From Azolla caroliniana (lineage: Eukaryota > Plantae > Polypodiophyta): 64,000 nt of DNA. The stretch covers positions 17,422,001 to 17,486,000 of the forward strand of contig JBHGNT010000002.1 of NCBI GenBank assembly GCA_043228905.1, given 5' to 3'. Below are positions 1 to 12,694 of this stretch, piece by piece. Below the pieces are notes generated by a model. The model was not told the DNA's origin and searched no databases. It was given only the letters and a program-made list of their open reading frames with translations. Made by a program: the position numbers and the translations under genes. Each line of letters begins with the position of its first letter. Positions within the stretch are counted from its first letter, which is position 1.

Positions 1-3000
1 ATGAAGGCGTGGGGCCGCAATAGTCCAAACACGCCGGAGGAACCCCACATCTGTACCATAGGTAGCAAATTTTGGCTCTCCGACAACGGAGGTTGTACAT
101 TAAACAGCATCGGCGGCAGGGAGAAGAAGAAGGTGGAAGAGCAGCTCAGGTCATGCGGGGCTCTCCACCCCGATGAGGAAATTAGCGACGCCATGGAGAC
201 AGTCTCGTTTGAAGACACCTTGGGAGAGCTATGCGGTGTAGTCGATGAGGGCCTTAGCGAAGACCGGACGATTCCGGTTAGCTCGGTGGAGATGTACGAA
301 GTCATCACGGACTTCGGGGAAAAGATCAGGGCGGGTCGAACAGCCTGCGTAAATACAAAGTACAAGACTGTGGACTGGAAGGTGAGGCCTGTTGCGGCAC
401 CCTTGCCGGAGGGCAGCGAAGAACGGATAAGAGGGGTCGCGTCGAACCCTAGCTTGCGGAATCCGGCTGGCATAGGACACCGGTTCACCGACATAACACT
501 ATGGGAGCTTAAGGTTGGTGGGGGTGGGTTTCTACTGTCGGCAGAGGAGGACCAGTTTCGGAGGATGCTCGAAAAGCACGGGAAGGCCTTTGCATTCTCG
601 TCGGTAGCGCATGTACCATGGAATCTTAAACCGATTCCGGTGCCTAGAGCTCACATTCCGGAGCTGATGGAGTTGTTGAAACAAAAGGTGGAGATGGGCA
701 TCCTTGAACCATCGAGTGCCCCATATTCGAATCAGTGGTTTACCGTGCCAAAGAAGAACGGCACACTGCGCTTTATACAGGACCTGCAGCCGGTCAACAA
801 GGTGACCATTCGAAACGCAGGTATCAGACCGACCATTGATGAGTTCGTAGAGGCCTTCGTAGGGAGGTCGATCTACTCGGTCAGGCATCTGTACTCAGGG
901 TACGATCAGTTCCAACTAGCCATAGAGAGCAGGGATATCACGACGATGTGGACTCCTCTCGGCCTAGTTCAGATGTGTACCCTACCGCAAGGGGAAACGA
1001 ACTCAGTGGCGCACATGGTGAATGCGATGAACAAGGTGTTGAGGGACTGCATCCCGGACATCACCATGCCGTTTCCGATGGAGGACAAGGACGAGTCGGT
1101 CGGGCCGGACGGTTGTCGGGGGTTCGTGATGGATTACATCCGCGACTGCGAGAAGGTGCTACAAAGACTCGAGAGCACGCGGCTCACCTTCTCCGGAGAA
1201 CAGTCAGCCTTCGGACAACCGGAGATCCTGGTAGTCGGACACCTGTGCGGGCCTTACGGCCGGAAGCCATCCCCGGAAGGTAGAAGTCATCTCCACGATG
1301 AAGGATGATTGGGGGTCGGTTACAGAGGTCCGAAGGTTCCTGGGGGCATGTGCGTTCTATTACATCTGGATTCCGCACTACGCGCATGTCGCGGAACCGC
1401 TTTATGGGTTATTAAAGAAAGGGCGCTAGTTTGAATGGAGGATGGAGGACACGGAGTCAGTCCGGAGACTAAAGGAGGCGCTCGCTATGGCACCGGCTCT
1501 CCGGAAAGCGGTTTACGGCAAGGAAGTCCCCATTTACGTGACCGGGATCGAGTGGGTGATCAATCAGGAAGATAGGGATGGCGTACGGTTCCCGATCCGG
1601 TTTGGGGAAAAGGTATTGTGCGAGCGCCAACGAGGATACGCCCAAATTAAGCGCGAGCTATGGGGTATCGTTTCAGTAGTCAAGGCTGACAAGGACTATC
1701 TGATTGGAACGGAAGTGATCATTGAGACGGACTGCCTACCGATTCTAGGTATGGTCTCCGGATGTGCAACTCTGGACCTGGAGATGCTTAGGTGGATCAC
1801 GTACATCAAGTTCTAGAACCCGGAGTTATAGCACATCTCCGGAAAGGATAATGCCATGGTCGATATACTTTCAAGGGCGTGTTTCAGCGATGAAGAAGAC
1901 ATGGTCTCGGATAACGAAGAAGTCGGCGAGGAATTCTTCAGGACAACTCACGTGGCAGCTAGAACAGGGAGCACTTCGGCACTTAACGTGTTCGACGAGA
2001 GCGAATACGATGGGGAGTGTCTCCAAATAGGAAGGTTCCTGCGGACAATGACGCCAGACACGGCGTGGACTAGAGAAGAGGCCAATCTAGTGCGGAAGAA
2101 GGAGTACCGATTCTTCCTACGAGGAGGGCGCATATGGAGGCATCCAAAGAAGCGTAGCGGCACCCCACTCCACATAGTGGCAAGGGAAGACGAGCAGAAA
2201 GCTTTGCTTATGGCGTATCACGACAATCCTTGGGCAGGACACCGTGGGACGAGGGCTACGTTCGAGAAGCTCAAGAGTAAGTATTGGTGGCCGGGGCTGT
2301 ACCGGGATGTGCATCATTTTGTGACAACTTGTGAGAGTTGCCAGATGCACTCTACAGTCCGGCATCAGGACGAGCTTCATCCAACCTACCCACCAACCGT
2401 CCACTTCAAATGGATGGTGGATTTAGTGACTATGCCAATGGGGGTAGGACAGATGCGGTATCTGGTGTTGGCCCGAGAGGACCTGACGAATCAAGTGGAA
2501 GGTCGCGCACTACAGAACAAGACGATCACAGCCGTGTGCCGGTTTCTAATAGAAGATGTGATATGCCGGTACGGGTGCGTTGGGAAGATCGTAGCGGATC
2601 GGGGAGAGCTAGACGCGCTAGAAGTTGAGGAGTTGTTTGACCGACTAGGGGTCAAACTCTCCCTCAGTACGGCGTACAATCCGGAGGCAAACAGGAAAGT
2701 GGAACGTGGCCACGAGCTTATTGTGAAGGCATTAGTACGTGCATGCGAAGGACATGTCGAGAATTGGCCGCGGCTCCTTCCTTACGCACTATGGGAGGAT
2801 CGAACTACGCACAGTTCGGTGACGGGGTTCATGCCAGCGGAGCTGATGTACGGGCAAAAACCGATCATGCTGGCGGAGAAAACAATCACTTCAGGGGCCG
2901 CGATGGACTGGAAGGATGAGACGAGCTCGGGGTAGTTGTTGGCGGCGCAGATCTGGCAACTCGAGCGGAGATCGGAAGACGTGGAGCAGGTGAAGGAGAA

Positions 3001-4054
3001 GCTGCGTACAGCGCGAGAAAGGAACAAAGGTCAGTTCAACCGTACACACCGACTGAGTCCAAGGAAGATCGAGGAGGGTGACTGGGTGCTGGTGTACGAC
3101 AACAACTTCGACAATCAGCACAAGGCGGTGCGTAAGTTTGCAAGGAGATGGTTCGGGCCCTATACGGTAACAAGCGCGAACGACAACGGAATGTATCATC
3201 TCGCGGAACTCCACGGGACACGGATGGCGGTGCCGATAGTAGGAAAAAGGGTCAAGGTATTCAAGAAGCGGCAAGAGGAAGAGTCGGACCGGGAATGCAC
3301 GACTGACGACGACGACCGGTTCTAAACGAATGATGATTCGAGCAGCGACAGGTGATGGCGGACCGGTTTTCTCCGGCAAGTGTTGTTTCTGGCGCGTACC
3401 GATGGACACACGGTTTGGTGGGGGTGGATGTCGTGGAGAAAACCGCCCCCTGGGAGGAATCAAGAGGAACCGTGTACGAACCGGCCTTTACATGTGTGGG
3501 TGTGTGAATATATAACTTGTATATAATTATGAATGGGCCGGCTGATGTAAATCTACTAGGTATGACATATTTATTAGGGAATCAATGAGTATCCCTGTCC
3601 GAAGGGACAGAGAATAAAGTGACATGACTGAGGGAGGACGGTCTCTCCTCGATGACCTATATAAGAGAAGGGAGAAGAGGAGAAAAGATATCGTGGTTTT
3701 GCGAGGACGAAGTGCTGATGGACTGGGCACCGGGCGTTCACTATTCCTCCTCCCATCATCCTCTGCAGGTTTTCGGAGTTCGTGGCCTCTGCTTCGTGGA
3801 CAGTCTGTGTGCTTCCGGCAGAGCCCCCCCCCCCCCCCCCCCTTATTATTATTTTTTCCCCTTTTTCGCGTTTTTGTGTTGGCGAGAGTTGCTTGTGTGT
3901 GCGTGGAACCCCGAGCTAGGTCTGTCGCCCGCTTGCCGGTTGTAATCGTTTTTGGCCTTATAATCGAATCTTCTGTTTGTCTCTCTCCTTCTCTGTGTTT
4001 CAGCAATCGTTTCACACGCGAAAGCGAAGCAACCCGATACCGGTCAGTTCGACA
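1..4054 (+). mobile_element. Ty3/gypsy LTR retrotransposon (non-chromovirus, Phygy/fungal-like), 3' part: degenerate RT-RNaseH-integrase plus 3' LTR
   Basis: ORFs 1-1308 (RT: PWNLKPIPVP, LRFIQDLQPVNKVT, LPQGETNS), 1442-1816 (RNase H) and 1856-3325 (integrase: HHCC zinc finger, DLVTMP, AYNPEANRKVER, WFGPY) are in RT-RH-IN order. Frameshifts and stops are present and the FLDD motif is deleted. Confidence 0.92.
3429..4054 (+). repeat. 3' LTR of the gypsy element
   Basis: TGTCG...CGACA inverted termini, preceded by the G-rich tract GGTGGGGGTGGA, with an internal TATATAA. Confidence 0.8.
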
Positions 4055-4278
4055 CTCCCAACGAACAACAAATTATCATTAACACAATGTCTAAAGATGA
4101 AAATCGAGAAAGTTAGAATGATGAAGGTACCCTATGCTTCAGCAGTCGGAAGCATGATGTACACGATGGTATGTACTAGGCCAGCCATTGGATATGTAGT
4201 CAAAGTCGTCAGCCGATACATGAGCAACCCTGGAAGAGAGCATTGGGTTTCCGTCAAATGGATACTTCGGTACTATAA
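4055..4278 (+). mobile_element. Ty1/copia RT fragment (A/C family-like)
   Basis: Translates to MMKVPYASAVGSMMYTMVCTRPAIGYVVKVVSRYMSNPGREHW, matching the RT of elements A and C. Confidence 0.85.
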
Positions 4279-4797
4279 ATGCATGTGCGATAGACACCGA
4301 ACCGAGTACACTGTTGATTGTGCGGAACTCGACAATTAGGTAAAACACATAGAATGATGAGAGAGAGATAGAGAGAGCAGACAACACCACTTAGATTTAA
4401 ATAATGAACACTTTGTACATGCAATGTGCTCAGTGAGCACTTTTTATACAAGCCCTAACGAGTGGGCTAACACAAGTACCGTCAATAGTTGAATGCTCAT
4501 AAATGAGCCTGACACTAACTTTGCCTATAATATTCCTATTACTCTAATAGGAATGCAGTCCCCTAACGGCCTCTTGGAATCCATCCGACTCAGCTCACCC
4601 AAATCGAACTCTATTCAATTCGGCTCTCGTCTTCTTCAGCCGATTGGGGCCAAGTCAATTGGTGTTCAACCGATTCACCTCTCGACTTCTTCAGCCGATT
4701 TGGCCCATGTTGAGCTTGTCTCTCAACATTCCCCATCAAGCTCAACTTGAGGTCCCACCATGTTAGCTCTAGTTGGTTCGTCACTCAGCCTCCTCTC

Positions 4798-5493
4798 TGT
4801 TAGGAAACAGGTCCCTCCGGATGAGGAGTACCCGGCTACGGATGACCCGGTGAGAACCGGATGATGAAGACCCGGTCAGAACTGGATGAGGAGTACCCGG
4901 CTACGGATGACCCTGTGAGAACCGGATGAGGAGTACTTGACTACGGATGACCCGGTGAGAACCGGATGACAAGTACTCGGCAATCGCCGGATGATGCGAG
5001 CCCGATGAAGAGTGCTCATCGGATGAAGGGACATATTCGTAAATATGTTTCTGGGAGTCCATCGGGGCTATATTTGTAAATAGCCGAAAAGCCATATTAG
5101 TATAAATATGACTTAGGGCAAACTTTAGTTGTTAGAGAGTGTGTTGTCATTTCTTGTTGGCGCAAGATTAGAGCGCAACAGTGTACAAAGAGAGAGAGAG
5201 AGAGAGAAAGAAACGAAGAGGTCGTTGCCTCTGTTGTAACTACCGCTTGTGGTGAAGATTGTGAGCACGAGGTCGTTGCCTTCGTGAGCTCACTGTCGTA
5301 ATCATTGTGATATAGTGATAGTTCGCAGTCTGTGGGCTACCGTGGTTTTTCCCTTGTTTGGGTTTTCCACCTAAACATACTGTGTACTCTTCTCTCCTTT
5401 GTGTTGTGTATTCATTCCCCGTTTTTTTTTGTGTTTGATTCTAAGCTCGGTTGTGGCCGAGCGTTGCGCATAGGGAGCGTGTAGTTCCTGTCA
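4798..5493 (+). repeat. 5' LTR of element A, with internal tandem repeats in U3
   Basis: Direct repeat of 9582-10300. Units such as CCGGATGAGGAGTACCCGGCTACGGATGACCCGGTGAGAA are repeated at ~4817-5025. Confidence 0.95.
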
Positions 5494-5523
5494 AAGTGGT
5501 ATCAGAGCGAAACGACACAGAAA

Positions 5524-8500
5524 GTGGACGAATCGTTGGGAGGCATGTTCAAGCTCACCAGCTCCAACTATTCCGTGTGGAAGTCGAAGATGAGGGACAT
5601 GCTCGTGGTTAAAGATCTTTGGTTGCCGGTTCAGTTAGGGGACAAGAGACCGAACAAAATCGACACCACGATATGGGAGGTGATGCACATGAAGACAACA
5701 GCCTACATACGGTGTTTCATCGACATGAGCCTATACAACAACTTCAATGAAGAGAGCAAGCCTCATGAGCTCTGGGAGAAGATCGACATTATGTTTCAAA
5801 ACAAAAATGTTGTTAACCAGGTTTCAGTATTCCGAAAGCTAGTAAGACTCAGGTACCAAGATGGCTCCAGCATGGCGGAGCACATGAATGCCTTCCAGGG
5901 GCTGATACACCAGGCAACATCATTGGAAGTACCTCTCGTCGACGAGGTACTAGCGCTACTCCTGCTTGGTTCCCTCCCGGATAGCTGGGAGACGTTGGTT
6001 GTCACTTTGGGCAGTGCCGGGCCGGAAGGGAAACGGCTATCCCTAGCAAGAGTAAAGTCGAGCTTGCTAGATGAGGAGGCGTGTCGAAAATATAAGGATA
6101 CGAGCTCCGACTCCAAAGCGCTCCTTACCGAATCGGAACGCGGAAGACAAAGAAACCGTAGTCCCCATAACCGGGAAAAGGGTTTGAGACACGGTCAAAG
6201 TCAAGGGGGAGGCCTTCTTGCTTCTATTGCGGCAAGCTGGGACACATCCAGAAGAACTGTCGGCATATCCGAAAAGACAAGGAAACCGACGGTACCGATT
6301 CGAAGCGGACACCAGACCGGAACGGTAAACACCGGAGGGGGCCAGACCGGAAGGGAACGACGGCAATCGCAGCAAGTGAAGAAGAGTTTATGCTCATCAC
6401 CGAGGAGAGTGAGCTAAACCTTGCCGGAGACGAGACGACCTAGGTGGTCGACTCCGGAGCGTCGTTCCACCTTACCCCAGACCAGAAATGCTTCTCATCC
6501 TACTCAACCAGTGATCACAGCTATGTCCGGATGGGGAATGAAGGTACATGCCGAATTGTCGGCATAGGAGACGTGTAGCTGACAACACCAACTGGATGCA
6601 AGCTGCTGCTGAAGGATGTCTGACACGTTCTGGAGGTTCGTCGGAACCTGATATCAGCCGATCGGCTAGATGATGAAGGCTACACGGGTAGCATCCGGAA
6701 CGGTGTTATGAAGTTTAGCAAAGGGAGCCTCATTGTGGCTTGGGCTCGGAAAGTCAACACGTTGTACCTAATGAATGCCCGGTTATGTCTGGAGGAAGTG
6801 AACGTGGCATCTGACATTGCCGCTGAGTTGTGGCACAAAAGGCGGTGTCACATGAGCGAGAAGGGGATGAAGAGGCTTGCAGATGACAACCTCATTCCAG
6901 TGAAGAACGTGCACTTGGAGAAGTGCACTAATTGTCTGGCTGATAAGCAAAACCGGACCTCCTTCCGACCAAGGCCACCGATGAGACATAATGTACCACT
7001 GGAGTTGGTGCATACGGATGTGTGTCAAGTAGACACGAAGTCACATGCCGGAGTGTAGTACTTCGTGACGTTCATAGATGACCACAGCCGGAAGCTGTGG
7101 ACCACACCGTTGAAGACGAAGGATCATGTGCTATCCGTCTTCAAAGAGCTCCACGCGAGAGTGGAAAGAGAAACCAGCCGGAAGCTGAAGGCGGTTCGAG
7201 CAGATAACAGAGGAGAATATCGGGGGCAGCTCGAGGAGTACTGTCGCTCGAAGGGAATTCGGCTCGAATTTACCGTGCCGAAGACGGCGGAACTAAACGG
7301 GTTGGCCTAGAGGATGAACCGGACCATAATGGAGAGGGTCCGAAGTATGCTAGCGCATGCAAAACTACCCAAGAAGTTTTGGGTTGAGGCACTGTCGACG
7401 GCGACATATGTGATAAACAGATCACCCTTAGTACCCTTGGACGGAGACACGCCATAGAGAGTCTGGACCGGTAAGGAAGTGTCCTACTGGCATCTGAAGG
7501 TATTCGGGTGTCTTGGGTATGTGCATGCAGCTAAGGACCAGAGAGGAAAACTAGATCCGAAGACCCGGCCATGCATATTCCTCGGTTACGGCGACGATAA
7601 GTTCAGCTACCGAGTGTGGGACCTAGTCGACAGGAAGGTATTCTGGAGTCGAGATATTATCTTCATGGAGGACAAGATGCTCGCTCACTGGGAGTCGGAG
7701 AAGAAGATAATGAACTCCGAGTCGACCGGTAAGGATCGACTCTACGATGAGTAGACCCAACCGGCAAGAGACCGGTTAGCACTCGAGGAACCAGCCGGTT
7801 ACGGTGAGGATACCAAACCAGCAGAAGAAGAAGTAGAGGAAGCTGAAACCGGAACCGGCCAAGACCCCGAATCGGATTCGGATGAAGAGCAAATGGAGGA
7901 GCCGGTTACCGAAGCCCAAAGACGGAGATATCCTCTAAGAGAGAGAAGGGCCCCCCGGAGATTTCCGGATGCAGAGCATGTGCTGCTAACCGATGAGGGG
8001 GAGCCAGAAAGCTTCGAAGAAGTGAAGGATGACACCCACACCCGCAAATGGTTAAGTGCCATGCAGGATGAGATGGATTCCCTACATGAGAACCATACGT
8101 ACGAATTGGTGGAGTTGCCGAAAGGAAAGCGGGCACTCCGAAACAAGTGGGTGTACAAGTTGAAACCGGGAGATGCCGGCAACCCCCCGAGATACAAAGC
8201 CAGGATCGTGATGAAGGGGTTCCAGTAGAAGAAGGGCGTGGACTTCGACGAGATATTTGCCCTGGTAGTAAAGATGAGCTCCATCCGGACGGTGCTTAGT
8301 ATAGCGGCAAGCATGGACCTCGAGGTAGAGCAGCTAGACGTGAAGATGGCAATCCTTCACGGTGACCTCGAAGAGGAGATATACATGCAGCAACCGAAAG
8401 GATTCATGGAGAAAGGGAAGGAGCAACTGGTTTGCCGGTTGAAGAAGAGCCTGTACGGACTGAAGCAGGCTCCCCGACAATGGTACCGGAAGTTCGACTC

Positions 8501-9571
8501 CTTCATGACCGATCAAGGGTACCACAAGGCGCAGGCCGATCACTGCGTGTTTGTGAAGAAGTTTGATGGAGGCGACTTCCTGATACTCCTTCTATACGTG
8601 GACGACATGTTGATCGTCGGACGAGACCAAGCCAAAATACGGATGCTGAAGAAGGCTCTCAACCGGACCTTCTCAATGAAAGATTTGGTCCGGCAAGACA
8701 GATGTTGAGGATGCATATCATCCGGAACCGGCCAACAAAGCAATTGTGGCTGTCACAGGAGAAGTACGTGACAAAGGTGCTTCAACGGTTCAACATGTTA
8801 GGAGCGAAACCGGCTGGATCGACACTTCCGGCAAACTGCAGGTTATCCGGTAAGCAAAGCCCGAAGACGAAAGCAGAGAAGGCTGATATGATGAAGGTTC
8901 CATATGCCTCTGCCATGGGGAGCTTAATGTACACAATGGTGTGTACCCGACTGGATATAGGATACGCATTCAGAGTGGTGAGCCGGTTTATGAGCAATCC
9001 TGACAAGGAGCACTGGAACGCGGTCAAATGGATGCTCTGGTACTTGAAGGGCACTTCGAACATGTGTCTCCGATTCGGCTCTGGTAAACCTCAACTTGAC
9101 GGTTTTACCGATTCGGACATGTCGGCTGATGTGGATTCCAGCCGGTCTACATCCGGGTATGTAATGACATATGCAGGGGGAGCTGTTTCGTGGCAGTCAA
9201 GGCTGCAGAAGACGGTTGCGCTGTCAACCACGGAGGCGGAGTACATGGCGGCTGTGGAAGCCGGCAAGGAAATATTATGGATGAAGGACTTCATCGGAGA
9301 GCATGGTATCCGGCAAGATGAATACCAGCTCTATTGCGACAGTCAAAGTGCCATCCACCTTGCTAAGAATGCGGCCTGCCATTCCCGGACGAAGCATATC
9401 CAGCGTAGGTATCACTAGATCCAGGAAAGAGTAGATGACCAGGAGTTTGCGCTGATGAAGATCCACACGGCCAAGAATGGGTCAGATATGTTGACCAAAG
9501 TACTGACACCTGACAAGCTGGATGCATGTCGGAAGCGGGTCGGACTAGTAAGACACCCCATGCCGGAGTGA
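5524..9571 (+). pseudogene. gag-pol of element A (Gag, zinc knuckle, protease, integrase, RT, RNase H), many stops and frameshifts
   Basis: ORF pieces 5524-6417, 6708-7058, 7065-7310, 7479-7754, 7893-8228, 8238-8708 (LLYVDDML) and 8702-9418 (STTEAEY). Confidence 0.95.
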
Positions 9572-9581
9572 AGGGGGAGTT

Positions 9582-10300
9582 TGTTAGGAAACAGGTCCCT
9601 CCAGATGGGGAGTACCCGGCTACGGATGACCCGGTGAGAACCAGATGAGGAGTACCCAGCTACGGATGACCCGGTGAAAACCGGATGATGAAGACCCGGT
9701 CAGAACTGGATGAGGAGTACCCGGCTACGGATGACCCTGTGAGAACCGGATGATGAAGACCCGGTCAAAACCGGATGAGGAGTACCCGGCAAGCATCGGA
9801 TGATGCGGGCCCGGTGAAGAGTGCTCACCAGATGAAGGGACATATTCGTAAATATGTTTCTGGGAGTCCATCTGGGCTATATTTGTAAATAGCCGAAAAG
9901 TCATATTAGTATAAATATGACTTAGGGCAAACTTTAGTTGTTAGAGAGTGTGTTGTCATTTCTTGTTGGCGCAAGATTAGAGCGCAACAGTGTACAGAGA
10001 GAGAGAGAGAGAGAAAGAAACGAAGAGGTCATTGCCTCTGTTGTAACTGCCGCCTATGGCGAAGATTGTGAGCACGAGGTCGTTGCCTCCGTGAGCTCAC
10101 TGTTGTAATCATTGTGATATAGTGATAGTTCGCAGTCTATGGGCTGTCATGGTTTTTCCCTTGTTTGGGTTTTCCATGTAAACATACTGTGTACTCTTCT
10201 CTCCTTTGTGTCATGTATTCATTCCCCGTTGTTTTCTGTGTTTGATTCTAAGCTCGGTTGTGGCCGAGCGTTGCACATAGGGAGCGTGTAGTTCCTGTCA
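9582..10300 (+). repeat. 3' LTR of element A
   Basis: Direct repeat of 4798-5493 with scattered substitutions and a different repeat-unit count. Confidence 0.95.
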
Positions 10301-11713
10301 CTCTCTTGGCATTCTGAGGCCTCATTCGTGCTCCTCATCTAGTCTAGTCTTGCGTCCCACAACCCATTGCGCCTCAACCTGTTTGCTACTCCGGCCCTTC
10401 TCAGCTCCTTTGTTGTCACAGTATTCGCGCCCATCGACCCATCAACTCTTCCATCTCGACGTCAGCTTCGATTGCCTCCTCATCCGCTTCGCATGTATGT
10501 GATTCGGCTCTTCCAAATCAGCAGTTTCTAATTCGTTCCACCTCTTGTCCAAATTGGTTGTCTCCAATTTGTCCTCATTCAGGCCCTTGACCACATTCGC
10601 CCATGTCTTGGTCTTGGCCTTCTCTTGGTCGGCTCTTCCCATCTTGGCTTGGTTGGCTTTGGCTTCGACTCTCTCTTTCGGCAACTCCCCCTGGATGTGG
10701 CTAGTCTTTTCTTAGCCGATTTTCTTTCACATCTCCATGCGTCCTCAACTTCTCCAGCCAATCCGGATGTTCCGACTTCTTCAATCGTGCCGAAATCAAA
10801 TTCTTCATCTGATTTGGCTTTTCGGGCTTCATCTCTCTTCTTTTCGGTTTCACTCCTCCCCCTCAAGATCGGCATGCCGACTGCTTTTTGCTGCTCATGG
10901 CGATCGCGACGCTTCCCAATGAAAACGTGAATCCGGATGTTGACCTGCAATCGCCGGCATTTCTGACCCAATCGACATCTGTGTAACTGACTAACTCCTC
11001 GGCTACTTCTATTCGATACAACAACACCCTTTCTTAGTGCAATTGACATATCACAATATCCTTTGCGTGCATTAATGGTGTTCGGCCTGTGCCTGTGACA
11101 TGAATAGACTAATCAAGCCGACCGGATAACAGAGCTCTGGCTGAGTGATCGTCAAATAAATGAGGCTTCTGCCAATCTGTTGGAACCATGTCGTGTTACA
11201 CGCCATTCCCGAACTCTGGCGAAGCTTAATGTCTCTATCCAAAGGGGTTAGGACATATTTGCAATTTGCCATCCCGAACTTGAAGAGAATATTCAACACA
11301 TAATGGCATTCGTTGATCAATATGCCTTCGAGGGGTACGGACCACTTCGATCCCGAGGAAGTAATGAAGGTCCCCCAGATCCTTCATTTCGAATGATGTC
11401 GCAAGCTAAGACTTGACTCGGCCGAATTCTCAGAGGTTGGCACTAACAATGACTAAATCATCAACATATAGAAGAATGCTAATTGGTCCGGTCTGACTCG
11501 TTCGAATGAACAATGAAGAGTCTGATTTTGATGGAGCAAACCCCATCTTACACAATCTTTGCGTGATCTTTGCGTTCCAAGCACGCGAGGCTTGCTTAAG
11601 TTCATACAATGACTTCTTCAGTCAGCAAACTACCGAGGTGTTTCGCTCACATAGAAATCCAGGGGGTTGTACCATGTACACTTGTTCCTCAAGATCGCCT
11701 TGTAGGAATGCGT

Positions 11714-12690
11714 TGTCGTGAAGATTTCCGGCTACAGTGAGAAAACCGGGTGGAATGGGCAAAGTCGGCAATTTGTACCATGTGCACATGTACATTCAAA
11801 AATGTGTATAAAATAAAAAGGAGATATTTATCCCACATTGTAACGTCCTTCCCTCCTTGGACTATAAAAAGAGAGGAAGGGGCTCTTATGAGGGGTTGGC
11901 CATTTTGAGTTAGGAGGGTATACCGTTAGATCTAGCGTTTGGTAGTTTTCTCGTCTTCTTACTTTCTTTAGGGTTTCATTTAGTTCTTCTTCTTCTTCTT
12001 CGCAATGTGGGTTGGGTTTCTCTTCTGAGTGGAGTCTTGTTAGTTTCCTCTATTAGGGTTTGTTGCTTCATCTCTGCTAGGGTTTGCTTAATTCATGCGC
12101 TTGAGGCTCCGGTTCGCAGTTCCGTCTTCTATGCAAGACCCCACTCGTGTAGGTGAGCCCGTGTGCTCCCCCGATTGGTGGCTGACGACTATTGTGTTTT
12201 CAGCGGGAAGATCGTGTCCAGTGAAAGGCTTCCACTTGCGTAGGCGAGCCCGTGTGCTCCCTGACTAGAGCTTGCCTACGGATGACTCCCTTGCCTCTTT
12301 GGAATCGGACCAGCTTGTAACCGACATTGTAATTGTTCTTGTAATATATATACATACATATAAGAAAGCTTCTGTGTATCAATGTCGGCGTCGGTGTCTT
12401 TAGTGTCTTTTATCCCACGGGTGCACGTGTTGTGATGTGTGTGTGGGTTGAGTCACGGTGTGTCTCCTTTGTTGGTCCAGAGACTTGTCGATTTGTATAT
12501 AAGAGGGTGCGAAGAGCCGGTGTGCATGCGCGTGCTCTCCCTATCTTCAATCCGGTTGCTTCTAAAATGCATCCGAACCCATCCGGTCGCATACGGATCA
12601 ATCCGGTTCGGCTACTTTTTATGTTGAATCGTCCCAGCTAGTGCCACAGCCGGTGTAACCGGCCCTAGAGAAATCGGTCTTTCGGCTCAT
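11714..12690 (+). mobile_element. LTR-like segment (probably gypsy), right end not resolved
   Basis: Starts TGTCGTG exactly where the B1 RT breaks off, like the 3429 LTR start. Has a TATAAAA box and an internal repeat CCAC(T)..GTAGG.GAGCCCGTGTGCTCCC at ~12141 and ~12232. No TSD found. Confidence 0.55.
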
Positions 12691-12694
12691 ACGA

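Larger units (their letters stand above)
4798..10300 (+). mobile_element. Full-length, degenerate Ty1/copia element A (Tork/Tnt1-like)
   Basis: LTRs 4798-5493 and 9582-10300 (TG...CA), 5-bp TSD CTCTC on both sides, tRNA-iMet PBS TGGTATCAGAGC at 5497-5508, PPT GAAGGGGGAG before 9582. Confidence 0.97.
4312..11713 (-). mobile_element. Ty1/copia family B copy B1 (RT remnant, 3' extension, PPT, 3' LTR ~4312-4728), interrupted by element A
   Basis: Minus-strand RT motifs at 11072-11713 ([18 protein letters not shown]). The PPT is adjacent to the LTR start TGTTGAG at 4728. The sequence is continuous across the CTCTC TSD of element A. The left LTR boundary is approximate. Confidence 0.8.

Noticed and set aside
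4817-5025. CRISPR-like or novel repeat array
   Set aside because: There are no unique spacers; these are U3 tandem repeats duplicated in both LTRs of element A.
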